From: an uncultured delta proteobacterium | GTDB lineage: Bacteria; Myxococcota_A; UBA9160; UBA4427 | Direction of reading: 5' to 3' | Assembly: GCA_963822965.1 (NCBI GenBank) | Contig: CAWGJT010000010.1 | Location: 448,001-512,000, forward strand | Length of the DNA stretch: 64,000 nucleotides | Part shown: piece by piece, positions 50,271 to 60,193 of the stretch | Layout: each line of letters begins with the position of its first letter | Numbering within the stretch: position 1 is the stretch's first letter | Notes under the pieces: generated by a model | What the model was told of the DNA's origin: nothing | What the model saw: only the letters and a program-made list of their open reading frames with translations | The model's database searches: none | Position numbers and translations under genes: made by a program

Positions 50271-51458
50271 CTACGGGCGCGCGTCCGCGCAGCGGATGGC
50301 GGCCGTCGCCATCTGGGCGGTGCGCAGGTCGCCGAACGGGGTTCCCTGGCCGCTGTTCACGATGAGCCCGACGGCGAGCCGCCGTCGCGGATCGGCGAAG
50401 GCGCCGCTTCCCCCGAAGCCGTAGTGGCCGAAGGCGCCGGGCGGGCTGCCCCGGGTGGTGAAGGCGCGGTGGAAGCCCAGGCACCAGCCCATGTCGATCG
50501 GCCAGGGGAATGCGTGCCGGGTGCGGGCCTGGGGCTCGGTGGCGCGACGCACGGTCTCCGGCGACAGCAGGCGCACGCCGTCGATCTCGCCGCCGCCCGC
50601 CAGGGCCGCGTACAGGCGCGCCAGGGAGCGGGCCGTGAACAGCCCGTTGTGCGACGGCATCGCCGCGCGCAGGGTCTCCACCGCCGAGAAGTCGAGGGAG
50701 CCGAGCCCGCGCGGGGCCAGCTCCAGGATGCCGCCGACGTGGGTCTCCACGCCGACCCGCGCGAGCAGCCACTGCAACGCGGACGCCGCCTGCTCGACCC
50801 GGATCCCCGCCTCCATCCGGAAGCCGTTCTCCGGCACGATCAGGCGGGCGGCGCGCAGGACCGCCGCGTCCGGAGCGCCGATGTACAGCCCGTCCGCCTG
50901 CAGCGGCGCCGCGATCTCCGTCTCCACCACCTCCGAGAAGGGCCGGGCGGCGACGCGCTGGACGATCTCACCGACGATGAACCCGTAGCTCAGGCCGTGG
51001 TATCCGCTGCGCTCGCCGGGCGGGTGGACGGGACGAGCCCGCGCGATGGCCTCGGTGACGTACTCCCAGTCGAGCATCTGTTCCGCGTGGTCGAGCATCT
51101 GCCGCAGGTGGTACAGACCCGACTGGTGTGCCATCACGTGACGGACGGTCACGCCTTCCTTGCCGGCCTGCGCGAACTCGGGCCAGTGCTTGGCGACGGG
51201 ATCGTCGTAGTCCACGAGGCCGCGGTCGACCAGGATGTGCAGCGCCGTGGAGGCGACGCCCTTCGTGGTGGAGAAGCTCGGCGCCATGGTGTCTTCGAGC
51301 CAGGGCGAGCCCCACTCGTCGCGCTCGCCGCCCCACAGATCGACCACCTTCTCGCCGCGGTGGTAGACGCAGACGGCGGCACCGCCCCGATTGCGTGAGA
51401 GCTGTCGGCGCAGCGTCTCGGCGACGCGTGCGAAGTCCGGGTGCAGGGTTCCGTGCAT
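50271..51458 (-). CDS. Beta-lactamase-fold serine hydrolase/esterase
   Basis: STTK (SxxK), GYH, FGHYGFGGS. Confidence 0.88.
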   Translation of the reverse strand: MHGTLHPDFARVAETLRRQLSRNRGGAAVCVYHRGEKVVDLWGGERDEWGSPWLEDTMAPSFSTTKGVASTALHILVDRGLVDYDDPVAKHWPEFAQAGKEGVTVRHVMAHQSGLYHLRQMLDHAEQMLDWEYVTEAIARARPVHPPGERSGYHGLSYGFIVGEIVQRVAARPFSEVVETEIAAPLQADGLYIGAPDAAVLRAARLIVPENGFRMEAGIRVEQAASALQWLLARVGVETHVGGILELAPRGLGSLDFSAVETLRAAMPSHNGLFTARSLARLYAALAGGGEIDGVRLLSPETVRRATEPQARTRHAFPWPIDMGWCLGFHRAFTTRGSPPGAFGHYGFGGSGAFADPRRRLAVGLIVNSGQGTPFGDLRTAQMATAAIRCADARP

Positions 51459-51674
51459 GTCTGACCCTCGTCGACGAGGGGGGATCGCAAGTGGAACGCA
51501 TCGGCCGGCAGTGCGCCACTGCCCGGGCTGGCGGTCGTGCCGCGCAACCGGGCGGGGCTGGGGCGAAATGGCACGAACCGTGTCCCCGGACCGTCCGGTG
51601 TCGCCGGAATCCACACTCAAGAGCATCCTGCGTGCAGCCGATCGGCAGGGCTCCAGGCAGAGGAGGGCTCCACC

Positions 51675-52430
51675 GTGCCCGAGCCGGTTCGACGCGACGT
51701 GCGAACGCCGCTCCGCGCAATGTCCGCGGCCGCGATCGTGCTGCTGCTGGTGGCACCCGGTGCTCCGGCGCAGGTCCGTGATCTCGATGCAGAGCCCGAT
51801 TCCGTCGACTCGGTCACCGTGGGGCCCGAGCGCATGGACGAGGCCCATTCCGAGGGCATGGACTCCGGACGACCGGGCTCGCTCGATTCGTCCATCGAGG
51901 GCACCGAGCAGATCGCGCCCCGGGACACGGGCTCGGAATCCATGGACGCGCGTACCGAGGGCTCGGAGGTCATCGAGCCGCGCGACCTGGGTCCCTCGAG
52001 CATCGTGGGAAGCGATCCGGTGGAGCAGACGAGCGCCCAGCGTCTCGAGGCTGCGCGCGCCGCCCTGCGAGAGGCGCAAGCGCGACACGAGCGCATCCGC
52101 ATCCAGGCCGGTCCGGCGGCCGTGGCGCCCGACGCGCCTGCTGCGTCCGAGGACGCGGGTGACCGCTGGGCCGAGTGGAGCTCGCGCATCCAGCTGGCGC
52201 GCGGACGGGTCCAGGTCGCGAAGGCCCGGGTGGACGTCCTCGACGACGCATACGCCCACATGATGCGGGACGACTACCCGCGCGGGGCCGACCGCCAGAA
52301 GCTGATCGACGAGCTCCAGACCGCACGGGAACGCCTGGCCGCCGAGCAGAGCCACCTGCCGCGCCTCCTCGAGGAGGCGCGCCGGGAGGGGGTGCCGCCG
52401 GGAATCCTCGAGGTGCAGGACGGCGACTGA
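51675..52430 (+). CDS. Exported hypothetical protein with acidic repeats and coiled-coil C-terminus
   Basis: AGGAGG RBS; signal peptide; EGTEQIAPRDTG / EGSEVIEPRDLG repeat; ARREGVPPG end. Confidence 0.65.
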   Translation: MPEPVRRDVRTPLRAMSAAAIVLLLVAPGAPAQVRDLDAEPDSVDSVTVGPERMDEAHSEGMDSGRPGSLDSSIEGTEQIAPRDTGSESMDARTEGSEVIEPRDLGPSSIVGSDPVEQTSAQRLEAARAALREAQARHERIRIQAGPAAVAPDAPAASEDAGDRWAEWSSRIQLARGRVQVAKARVDVLDDAYAHMMRDDYPRGADRQKLIDELQTARERLAAEQSHLPRLLEEARREGVPPGILEVQDGD

Positions 52431-52450
52431 GGGTGGTCCGAGGCGTCCCG

Positions 52451-52786
52451 CTACCCGGGCCCGCCGGATGCGAAGAAGACGAGCAGGGTGAGGTCTTCCT
52501 CGATCTCGCAGAACGAGTGCTGGGCGCTCGCGGGCACGTAGAGCACCGAGCCCGGCCCCACGGTCCGCTCCGCTCCCTCGATCCGGACGCGCGCCCGTCC
52601 CGACACGACGTAGTACACCTCGTCCTCGTCGTGCGGTGCCTGCAGGTCCTTGGCACCGGGTGCGAGCGAGTAGATGCCGCAGCTCAGCCTCGGCACCCGA
52701 AGGAACTCGCGGTAGGGTCGGCCCGACGCGCGCCGGGCCTCCATCTCGGCGTCGAGATCGAAGACTCGCCAGCCGTCCGCCGCCAT
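52451..52786 (-). CDS. Cupin domain protein
   Basis: PHDEDEVYYVVSG...VPASAQHSF. Confidence 0.85.
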   Translation of the reverse strand: MAADGWRVFDLDAEMEARRASGRPYREFLRVPRLSCGIYSLAPGAKDLQAPHDEDEVYYVVSGRARVRIEGAERTVGPGSVLYVPASAQHSFCEIEEDLTLLVFFASGGPG

Positions 52787-52833
52787 GGGCTGTACCTCCC
52801 TTCCTCCTCGCGATCCCCGGCGCCGCTCCGTCC

Positions 52834-53394
52834 CTACTCCTCCTTCAGCAGGATCTCGCCCTGCTGGTCGGGGAAGCGGCCCTGCTTGCCTTCGTAGAAG
52901 GCCCGGATCTCGTCCATGTCCTCGCGGACGTTGCCCGTGAGCACGACCTCGGGGCCGAAGCCGCCGCGACGTCGGGGGTAGTCGAGGAAGCCGAGCACCA
53001 CCGGGACCTCCGCCCGGCGGGCGATATGGTAGAAGCCCGACTTCCAGTGGGAAGTGTAGGACCGGGTCCCTTCGGCGGGCACGGTCAGGGCGATCGACTC
53101 GCTGCGCTCGATGGTGTCCGCCATCTGGGCCACCAGGTCGTTGGACCGATCCCGGCGAACCGGCACGCCGCCGAGTCGTCGCATCGCCCAGCCCATGGGA
53201 CCGCGGAACAGGCTGTGCTTGCCCATCCAGCTGATGCGCACGTCGTAGAGCCGGGCGAAGGCGAGCAGGAAGGCCAGGTCCCAGTTCGAGGTGTGCGGCG
53301 CGGCGATCAGGACGAAGCGGCGGGCGGCGGGCGGCCGCCCTTCGGGCATCCAGCCGGTGAGCCACAGGAAGATCCGCGCGAGCAGACGGGTCAC
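52834..53394 (-). CDS. PlsC-like lysophospholipid acyltransferase
   Basis: PHTSNWD (HX4D), PAEGTR. Confidence 0.88.
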   Translation of the reverse strand: MTRLLARIFLWLTGWMPEGRPPAARRFVLIAAPHTSNWDLAFLLAFARLYDVRISWMGKHSLFRGPMGWAMRRLGGVPVRRDRSNDLVAQMADTIERSESIALTVPAEGTRSYTSHWKSGFYHIARRAEVPVVLGFLDYPRRRGGFGPEVVLTGNVREDMDEIRAFYEGKQGRFPDQQGEILLKEE

Positions 53395-53453
53395 GTGAGC
53401 CTCTCCTCACACCCCCGGGAGGAAGAGGCGTCGCCGAGTGGGTAGCACAGCCC

Positions 53454-54713
53454 TCAGCTCTCGATGCGGACCGGGAAGCGCTCGTAGTAGAACGCGAAGC
53501 GCTCGCGTAGGGCGCCGGGATCGACGCCGAAGTCGCCCTTCAGGTCGTACGCGATGCGGCCGTGCTTTCCGCGGGGGTTCCGGGCCATGTATCGCTCGAG
53601 CTGGGCCCGCGCGGCGGGGGTCATCTCGAGGTCCGCGAGCCGGTAGATGCGCTCGACCATGGCCACGTCGTCCTGCATGAACTCGTGGAAGAGGACGTCC
53701 AGGCTCTGGGCGGCGGGGACCCGCTCGCGGTCGGCCACGCAGCGGCGCAGCAGGTGCTCTACCCGCTCGATCCAGTAGGCCGCCGTGGCCGCGGGGTCCA
53801 CGCGCTTGCAGCGCACGCGGTCGCCGTAGCAGAGCATGGTGATCGCCGACGCGATCACCGAGACCGGGTCGCGGTGGGTGAAGGCGATGGTCGCGTCGGG
53901 GAAGGTCTCGATCAGGGGGCCGATCTGCTCGAGGTGCTGGGGCGACTTCAGGATCCAGCGGTCCGGTCCGCGCTGATACTGCAGCACCTGGAGCGCGCGC
54001 TTGAGGTAGGCGTAGTGGGGTCGCTGGTCGTGCGCGAAGTAGTAGTCGCGCCAGCGAGGCACCGTGCATACCCATTCGATCACGTAGGTCGAGAAGTCGG
54101 CCCCCTGCAGCTCGATCTCCTCGTGGACGTGCTCGGGGGTCATGTCGTGCATGTTCTTGAGCAGCGGCATGAGCTGCGACTGCATCTCGTAGGCCTTGCG
54201 GCAGCGGGCCAGGCGCGGGTCGACCCCGTCCGGGCCCGGCGCCTCGCCCGGAATCGGGACGGGCTCGAGGCTCTCCCAGTAGGGCATCGACCGCAGCCGC
54301 TCGTCGGCCGCGATGAGGTTGAGCAGATGCGTGGTGCCGGAACGCGGCAGGCCCACCACGATGATCGGCCGGGTGATCTCGACGTCGAGCACGCCGGGAT
54401 GGCGCCGGGTGAAGTCCCGGAGGCGCAGGCGCGTGACCGCGTAGCGCACGCAGTCCCGGTAGATGCCCACCCGGCCGACCGCGCTGAGATTGGCGTCCTC
54501 CCCGATGCTCTGGACCCAGACCGCCAGGCGTTCGCGGAAGTCGTCCGGGCCGAAGTCGGCGAGGCCCGTCTGCCGGCGCGCCTCGCCGAGCACGCCCTCG
54601 ACGCTGAGGTCGACGGGGATCGTCTCGGCGCCCTCCCGGGCCGCGCGCTGCAGGGGCGTCAGGACGGGATCGGCGAGGTCGTCGAGGCGGATCTCGGTCG
54701 GGTCGCCGCTCAT
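53454..54713 (-). CDS. Sulfotransferase family protein
   Basis: GLPRSGTT PAPS-binding loop, WILKSPQH, HRDP. Confidence 0.9.
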   Translation of the reverse strand: MSGDPTEIRLDDLADPVLTPLQRAAREGAETIPVDLSVEGVLGEARRQTGLADFGPDDFRERLAVWVQSIGEDANLSAVGRVGIYRDCVRYAVTRLRLRDFTRRHPGVLDVEITRPIIVVGLPRSGTTHLLNLIAADERLRSMPYWESLEPVPIPGEAPGPDGVDPRLARCRKAYEMQSQLMPLLKNMHDMTPEHVHEEIELQGADFSTYVIEWVCTVPRWRDYYFAHDQRPHYAYLKRALQVLQYQRGPDRWILKSPQHLEQIGPLIETFPDATIAFTHRDPVSVIASAITMLCYGDRVRCKRVDPAATAAYWIERVEHLLRRCVADRERVPAAQSLDVLFHEFMQDDVAMVERIYRLADLEMTPAARAQLERYMARNPRGKHGRIAYDLKGDFGVDPGALRERFAFYYERFPVRIES

Positions 54714-56026
54714 CGCGCGGTCCCCTCCCGGGGCTCTTCCCGCTCCGCGTGCCGGGGGAAGGTCCGGTTGACGAGCAGCAGCAGCTGCAGCAGCCGGACC
54801 GCGTGGAGGCTGATCACGGCCTTGCCCGTGGTCAGGAGCGCCACGGACAGATCGCGATCGGGATCCGCCCAGGGAAAGACGTTCGAGAGCCCCAGGTGGC
54901 CGAAGGCGTGAGGCGTCTCCGGTCCGAAGATCCCCACCGGAGAATCGCCGAGCATCGGCCCGAGGCCGTAGCGGAGCGGGAGGAAGAGCGTGAGATCCAC
55001 CTCCCGGTAGCTCGCCTCGTTCAGCGCGTGCTGGATGGTCCGCGGGTGGAAGATCCGCACCCCGCCGAGCTCGCCTTCGTCGAGCATGCACTGCAGGAAG
55101 GCCGAGAGATCCCGCGCCGTGGTGACGAGATTTCCGGAGGGCACGATGCCCCGCACGAAGCGCGGGTCGTTGGACAGCTCGACGATGGCGTCCAGGGGCC
55201 GGCCCAGTGCGCGCGTCAGCATGGAGGAGATGGGGGGCGGAGGCGGGGGGCCGGTCACGGCGTTCTGGGCCACGAGCGGAACGTCCTCCGGCTCGACGCC
55301 GAAGTCCAGCCAGCGCAGACCCAGGGGGTCGCGGAACTCCTTCCGTGTCAGCTCGCGGATGGTTCCGCCCGTGACGCGTCTCACCACCTCCGCGAGCACG
55401 AAGCCCGTGGAGATGGCGTGGTACGAGACCAGGCGGCCGGGGCGCGTCGCCGGTCGCATCTCGCAGACCAGCTCGCAGATGCGGTCGGGCTGCTCCAGCA
55501 GGTCGAGGTCGAGCGCCTCGCTGGGGAGGTTGGCGATTCCGGCGCGGTGGGCGAGCAGGTGGCGGAACGTGATCCACTGCTTGTGCAGCTTGCCGAACTC
55601 GGGCACGTACTGGCAGACGCGATCTTCCAGGTGCAGGGCGCCCAGCTCGTCGAGCTTGTGGATCACCATGGCCGCCACCAGCTTGGCGGACGAGAAGACG
55701 TTCATCGGGGTGTCGACCGTGGCGAGCACCTTCTCGGCGTCGGGGGGGTCGCCCGGCGCGTTGCCCCGCGCATGTCCGATCGCACGGTCGAGCACGACGC
55801 GTCCCCGGTGCCGGATGCAGAGCTGCAGGGCGGGCGTGATGCCGGTGCGGTAGTAGGCGAGGGCCGCCTGCCAGATGGCCTCGATCGCCTCGGCCGGAAC
55901 GTCCGTCGCGCCGGGCGCCTCCGGTCCCCTCGTCGTGATGGCATCCGTGTCCTCGGGAATCCGGCAGCGTCGGAGGCAGGGCAGGGGAAGCCCGGACAAC
56001 CATTGCAGCGGGTCGCGGGTGGCCAT
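54710..56026 (-). CDS. Beta-lactamase-fold serine hydrolase
   Basis: FSSAK, SYHA, FGHLG; overlaps both neighbours (TGATG, ATGA). Confidence 0.85.
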   Translation of the reverse strand: MATRDPLQWLSGLPLPCLRRCRIPEDTDAITTRGPEAPGATDVPAEAIEAIWQAALAYYRTGITPALQLCIRHRGRVVLDRAIGHARGNAPGDPPDAEKVLATVDTPMNVFSSAKLVAAMVIHKLDELGALHLEDRVCQYVPEFGKLHKQWITFRHLLAHRAGIANLPSEALDLDLLEQPDRICELVCEMRPATRPGRLVSYHAISTGFVLAEVVRRVTGGTIRELTRKEFRDPLGLRWLDFGVEPEDVPLVAQNAVTGPPPPPPISSMLTRALGRPLDAIVELSNDPRFVRGIVPSGNLVTTARDLSAFLQCMLDEGELGGVRIFHPRTIQHALNEASYREVDLTLFLPLRYGLGPMLGDSPVGIFGPETPHAFGHLGLSNVFPWADPDRDLSVALLTTGKAVISLHAVRLLQLLLLVNRTFPRHAEREEPREGTAR

Positions 56027-57358
56027 CAGTGACTCGGGACGAACAGGAAGTCGCCGCCCTCGTGCCCCGACTTGCGGATGTCGGCGAGCTCCGGGGTCTG
56101 GTCGGCGTGCAGCATGACCTCCCGTCGGATGCGCGAGAAGAGGGAGGTGGTGTCGACGATGTCCTGGTTCTCGCGCAGGGCGTCGAGGAAGGCCGTCGCG
56201 AAGACGGAGTGCTCGCCGCCGGCGCCGCCGCCGTCGAGCACGGGCTCGAGACCGCCCGACGAGATGACCATGCGCGCGCGCTTGCTCGCCATGCGGGCCA
56301 GGTAGTCCGGCGTGCGGTTGCGCACGGCGATGCCGCGCGTGAGCTTGCCCGAGTAGCAGCTGTCCGCGACCACGAGCACGTGCTTGGCGTGGATCGCCTT
56401 GAAGGCCGAGGTGAGCGTTGCGTTCGGGAATCCAGTTGATCGAGCTGTCGGAGGTCGCGTCCACCGGCAGCCAGTAGCCCTCGTCGGCCTCTTCGTCGAG
56501 CCAGCCGTGTCCCGCGTAGTAGATCAGGAGGTTGTCGCGGTCGGTGAGGGAGTGCCGGTAGCCCTCCAGGGCGAGCAGCACGTCGTCCCGCGACGCGTTC
56601 TCGAGGATCTTCACGTCGAATCCGTACTGCTGCTGCAGCACCTGCGCGATCGCGCGCACGTCGCCCTGGGCCGACGCGAGGCGAGGCAGATGGCGGTAGC
56701 CGTTGTTGCCGATCAGCAGTGCGTGATAGCGGCCGAACTCGGTGCCGGGGGGGACGGCGAGGGCCGGCGCGGCGCCGGGCGCCGCGGACGCGCCTGGGGC
56801 GGCCGGCGTCGGCGGGACACGCGGGGCCGGGGGCGCGGCCGGCACCGGCTGCGCGGCCAGGAAGCCGGGCTGCTCCCAGGGGACGCCCTCCTGGGCGACG
56901 GCGCGCTCCGCGTCGAAGGCGGCGGCGTCGTCGATGGAGATCCGCTCGAGAAAGGTCTGGTAGTCGCCGAAGAGCTTCGTCCGCAGCAGCAGCGCGATGC
57001 CACCGCTCGGCTGCACGGCGAGGTAGTAGGGCCCCTGGTAGCCGGGGTGCCAGCCTTCGTACCGCCCGGGTCCCGTGCGCCGGAAGTCCACGCCCTGGAT
57101 CTGCCCCTTGCGGACCACCCAGATGCCGCTCGTGTAGCTCTCCTCGGCCCAGAGTCGGCCGGCGCCGATGTGCAGCCGCGAGTTGGCGCCGGTGTCCAGC
57201 CAGACGCCGTCGATGGCGAGGGGCTCGCCGGGGGGCACGTCGTCCACCATGGGCAGGTTCGTCGCGCAGGCCAGGAGACCGGGCAGCAGGGCGAGTACGA
57301 GCAGGCTCGAGGCGACGCCGGGCGCGAGGGCTGCGGGCCTTCCGTCGTGGGGCAGCAT
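56026..57358 (-). CDS. Caspase-family (peptidase C14) lipoprotein (frameshift near 56425)
   Basis: Lipobox LLAC; ALLIGNNGY, YYAGHG, ADSCYSG dyad motifs. Confidence 0.85.
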
Positions 57359-57594
57359 TCTCTTCCTCACTCCTCTCCTCGCTCTTCTCCTCGCATCCCC
57401 ACGCTCACGCTGGCTCCGGTCGCCGCGCCGCGGAGACGGGTGCCTCGGAGGTGGGGTGCCGGCAGGGCCCCGTCCGGGTCCGCGCATGGTACCCGTTTCA
57501 CGCAGGCCCGTGGTCCGCCGAGGCGTGCGCGCCGCGGCGGGCCACGCGCACCGAAGCCGCCCCCCCTATCCTCCCCGCGAGGAGGAGCGCCGAC

Positions 57595-58080
57595 GTGGGA
57601 CGGTTTTCGGAAGCAGAGGTACGCGAGGCTTATCGGCAGTACGCGGAGACGCGTGAACGGATCGACGCGGGAGAGCTGTGGTGGGACCAGCTGGGACGGC
57701 ACTTCACCCAGGACGCGGTCTTCGTGGACCCGGCCTGGGGACGGGTCGACGGTCTCGACGACATCGTGCAGTTCTTCATCGACAGCATGCGCGGTCTCGA
57801 GGACTGGAAGTTTCCACTGGAGTGGATGGCGGTGGACGGCGACTACCTGCTGACCGGCTGGCAGAACCGGCTGCCCGGCCGCCGGCCGGACGGCGGCTAC
57901 TTCCAGGCGCCGGGCATGTCGCGCATCCGTTATGCGGGCGACGGCCGATTCGACTACGAGCAGGACCTGATCAACATGATCCACATGCTCGAGGTCATGA
58001 AGGAGAGTGGCTGGAAGCCGGGGCCCGGCTTCCAGAACCCGCCCCGGGACCGCGTCCGGCTCTGCGCCTGGGAGCCCTAG
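57595..58080 (+). CDS. NTF2/SnoaL-like protein
   Basis: GAGGAG RBS; FTQDAVFVDPAWGRVDG. Confidence 0.8.
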   Translation: MGRFSEAEVREAYRQYAETRERIDAGELWWDQLGRHFTQDAVFVDPAWGRVDGLDDIVQFFIDSMRGLEDWKFPLEWMAVDGDYLLTGWQNRLPGRRPDGGYFQAPGMSRIRYAGDGRFDYEQDLINMIHMLEVMKESGWKPGPGFQNPPRDRVRLCAWEP

Positions 58081-58152
58081 GGGCGCGACCCAAGACGAAG
58101 TCTTGGGTCGCGGTTCCGCCGCTGAGGGAGCCCGACGGGCTCCCCCAGCGGG
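58077..58152 (+). repeat. REP-like double-hairpin element, best-preserved copy
   Basis: CGCGACCCAAGAC-GAA-GTCTTGGGTCGCG then a CGCTGAGGGAGCCCG / CGGGCTCCCCCAGCG hairpin. Confidence 0.8.
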
Positions 58153-58241
58153 CGACCCGTCCTCGACCCCGCGAGAATTGGTCCGGACCTTCGGCGCGGA
58201 TCGGCCCTGGCATCGGCCCGGATCTGGGCTTTGATTCCGGT

Positions 58242-58865
58242 ATGGATCTCGAAGCCCTACAGCAGACCACCCGGGGCCTCCTGCCGGAGGTGCTGGGCGT
58301 GCGGTTCACCCAGGCCGAGCCGGATCTCGTCGAGGCCGAGCTCTTCGTGCGGGACGAGCTGTGCACGACCCCGGGCGTGATGCACGGGGGCGCGATCATG
58401 GCCTTCGCGGACACCCTCGGCGCCTACGGCACGGTGCTCAACCTCCCGCCGGGCGCCGGCACCACCACCCTCGAGTCGAAGACGAACTTCTTCTCGAAGG
58501 CGGCGAGCCAGGCGTCGGTGGTGGGGCAGTGCCGGCCGCTCCACAAGGGGCAGCGGACGATGGTCTGGCAGACGCGGGTGGCTCGTCAGGACGGGCGCCT
58601 CGTGGCGCTCGTGACCCAGACCCAGATGGTGTTGCCGCGAGTGCCGGACGCGCAGGAGCAGCTGGGCGCGCTCTTCGCGTCGGGGGAGACGCTCGATCAC
58701 CAGACCCTGCTCGCGAGCCTCGAGCGCTCGGGCGGCGCTCTCTACCGCCGCTGGGCGGAGGACGAGAGCGATTCGGAGGCCCGTGCCGCCCTGCTCGCCG
58801 CAGCGCAGCGCGAAGACGAGAACGCCGGGGTCCTGGAGGACCTCGTCGCCAGGCGTCGGTCCTAG
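58242..58865 (+). CDS. PaaI thioesterase with helical C-terminal extension
   Basis: GVMHGGAIMAFADT, TTTLESKTNF; extra 60 aa of helices. Confidence 0.85.
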   Translation: MDLEALQQTTRGLLPEVLGVRFTQAEPDLVEAELFVRDELCTTPGVMHGGAIMAFADTLGAYGTVLNLPPGAGTTTLESKTNFFSKAASQASVVGQCRPLHKGQRTMVWQTRVARQDGRLVALVTQTQMVLPRVPDAQEQLGALFASGETLDHQTLLASLERSGGALYRRWAEDESDSEARAALLAAAQREDENAGVLEDLVARRRS

Positions 58866-58903
58866 GACCGCGGCCCGGGACGAAGTCGTGGGTCGCGGTT
58901 CCG
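58862..58903 (+). repeat. REP-like element, first hairpin only
   Basis: CTAGGACCGCGGCCCGGGAC-GAA-GTCGTGGGTCGCGGTTCCG. Confidence 0.75.
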
Positions 58904-58916
58904 GCGCGCGCGGGTC

Positions 58917-59298
58917 ATGCTGGGATCCCGCGAGCGACCGTCCCTCGCCCGTCTCGTCCTCTTTGCCAGCCTGATCGCCGGGAGCGCGCTGGGCTGCGGC
59001 CGGGTAGAGGCGCGGCGCGCTCCGCCGCCCCCCGCTTCCACGCGACCGAACGTCCTGCTCGTCTCCATCGACACCCTGCGCGCCGACCATCTCGGCGCCT
59101 ACGGCTACGATCGCGACACCTCGCCGCGTCTCGACGCCCTGGCCCGGCGCTCCACGCGCTACACGGACGTGCTCGCCCCGGCCCCGTGGACCCTTCCCTC
59201 CCACGCCGCCATGCTCACCGGCCGTCATCCCTACGAGATCGGGGTGACGGATCGCTTCGCGACGATCCCGGCGGACGTGCCGGTGATCGCTACGTGGA
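58917..59298 (+). pseudogene. Truncated sulfatase-family lipoprotein
   Basis: PNVLLVSIDTLRADHLG, TSPRLD, PWTLPSHAAMLTG; similarity stops after about 125 aa and the frame runs antisense into the next gene. Confidence 0.75.
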
Positions 59299-59331
59299 CT
59301 AGCCCTGATCCGCATGACGGATCAGGGCTAG
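59299..59331. repeat. Perfect CTAG-bounded palindrome
   Basis: CTAGCCCTGATCCG-CATGA-CGGATCAGGGCTAG (14-bp arms). Confidence 0.9.
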
Positions 59332-59345
59332 CCCCGGGGCCGGCC

Positions 59346-60143
59346 TCAGTCGTCGAGGTGCAGCGCCTCGACGTCCGCCGCGTGCTCCTGGTTCGGGTCG
59401 ATCTCGAGGTAGCGGGAGAGCCAGTGCACCCCCAGGTAGAACGGGCCCGTGTCGAGCAGCGCCATCACCATCTTGAACACGTAGGCCGACCCGATGAAGA
59501 TCCAGATCTGCGGCCAGATGGGCTGGCTCTCGTCGACGGGCAGTCCGTGGGCGTAGAAGTGCGTGATCGTGATGACCGCGACCGTGTCGACGAACTGGCT
59601 CACCAGGGTCGAGCCGTTGTTGCGCAGCCACAGGTGGCGTCCGCGCGTCAGGTTCTTCCAGAAGTGGAAGAGGAAGACGTCGCAGATCTGCGCCGCCAGG
59701 TACGCGATCATCGAGGCGAAGACCGCTCCCATGGTGAGCATGCGGATGCGGAAGAACGAGAAGTCGTAGGCGGTCGGGGACGGCAGGCCCGTCGCCGGGT
59801 CGATGACGGGTGCCGGCGGCAAAGCGCCTCCGAGCCACAGGAACGAGATCACCCACAGGTTGAGACCGAGTCCCACCCAGACGACGAAGCTCGCCCGGTT
59901 GCGGCCGTAGAGCTCGCTGATGAAGTCGGTGCAGAGAAAGGTGACCGGATAGGGCAGCACGCCGACCGCCAGGGCCATGGGCACGTGCACGCCCACGACG
60001 TCGAAGGACAGGTCGATGAAACGCGAGACCCCGAGAATGTTGAGCATCGTCATCGAGCCCAGGAAGAGCCCGGCCAGGCAGAGGTAGACGCGTTCGCGCC
60101 GGGCGTGCAGCTCCGAGGCTTCGATCGGGTGAAGGCCTGCCAC
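59346..60143 (-). CDS. Queuosine precursor transporter (YhhQ/Vut_1 family)
   Basis: YPVTFLCTDFISELYG, ASMIAYLAAQICDV, WLRNNGSTLVSQFVDT. Confidence 0.9.
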   Translation of the reverse strand: MAGLHPIEASELHARRERVYLCLAGLFLGSMTMLNILGVSRFIDLSFDVVGVHVPMALAVGVLPYPVTFLCTDFISELYGRNRASFVVWVGLGLNLWVISFLWLGGALPPAPVIDPATGLPSPTAYDFSFFRIRMLTMGAVFASMIAYLAAQICDVFLFHFWKNLTRGRHLWLRNNGSTLVSQFVDTVAVITITHFYAHGLPVDESQPIWPQIWIFIGSAYVFKMVMALLDTGPFYLGVHWLSRYLEIDPNQEHAADVEALHLDD

Positions 60144-60193
60144 GGCGCGCGAGCGTAGCGCGCGGACTGCGGCGTCCCGAGCCGAGTTGCCGC

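Noticed and set aside
54710..57487. 925-aa caspase/beta-lactamase fusion in the ORF track
   Set aside because: Produced by a frameshift near 56425; the caspase C-terminus with the catalytic Cys lies in another frame and ends at a TGATG overlap.
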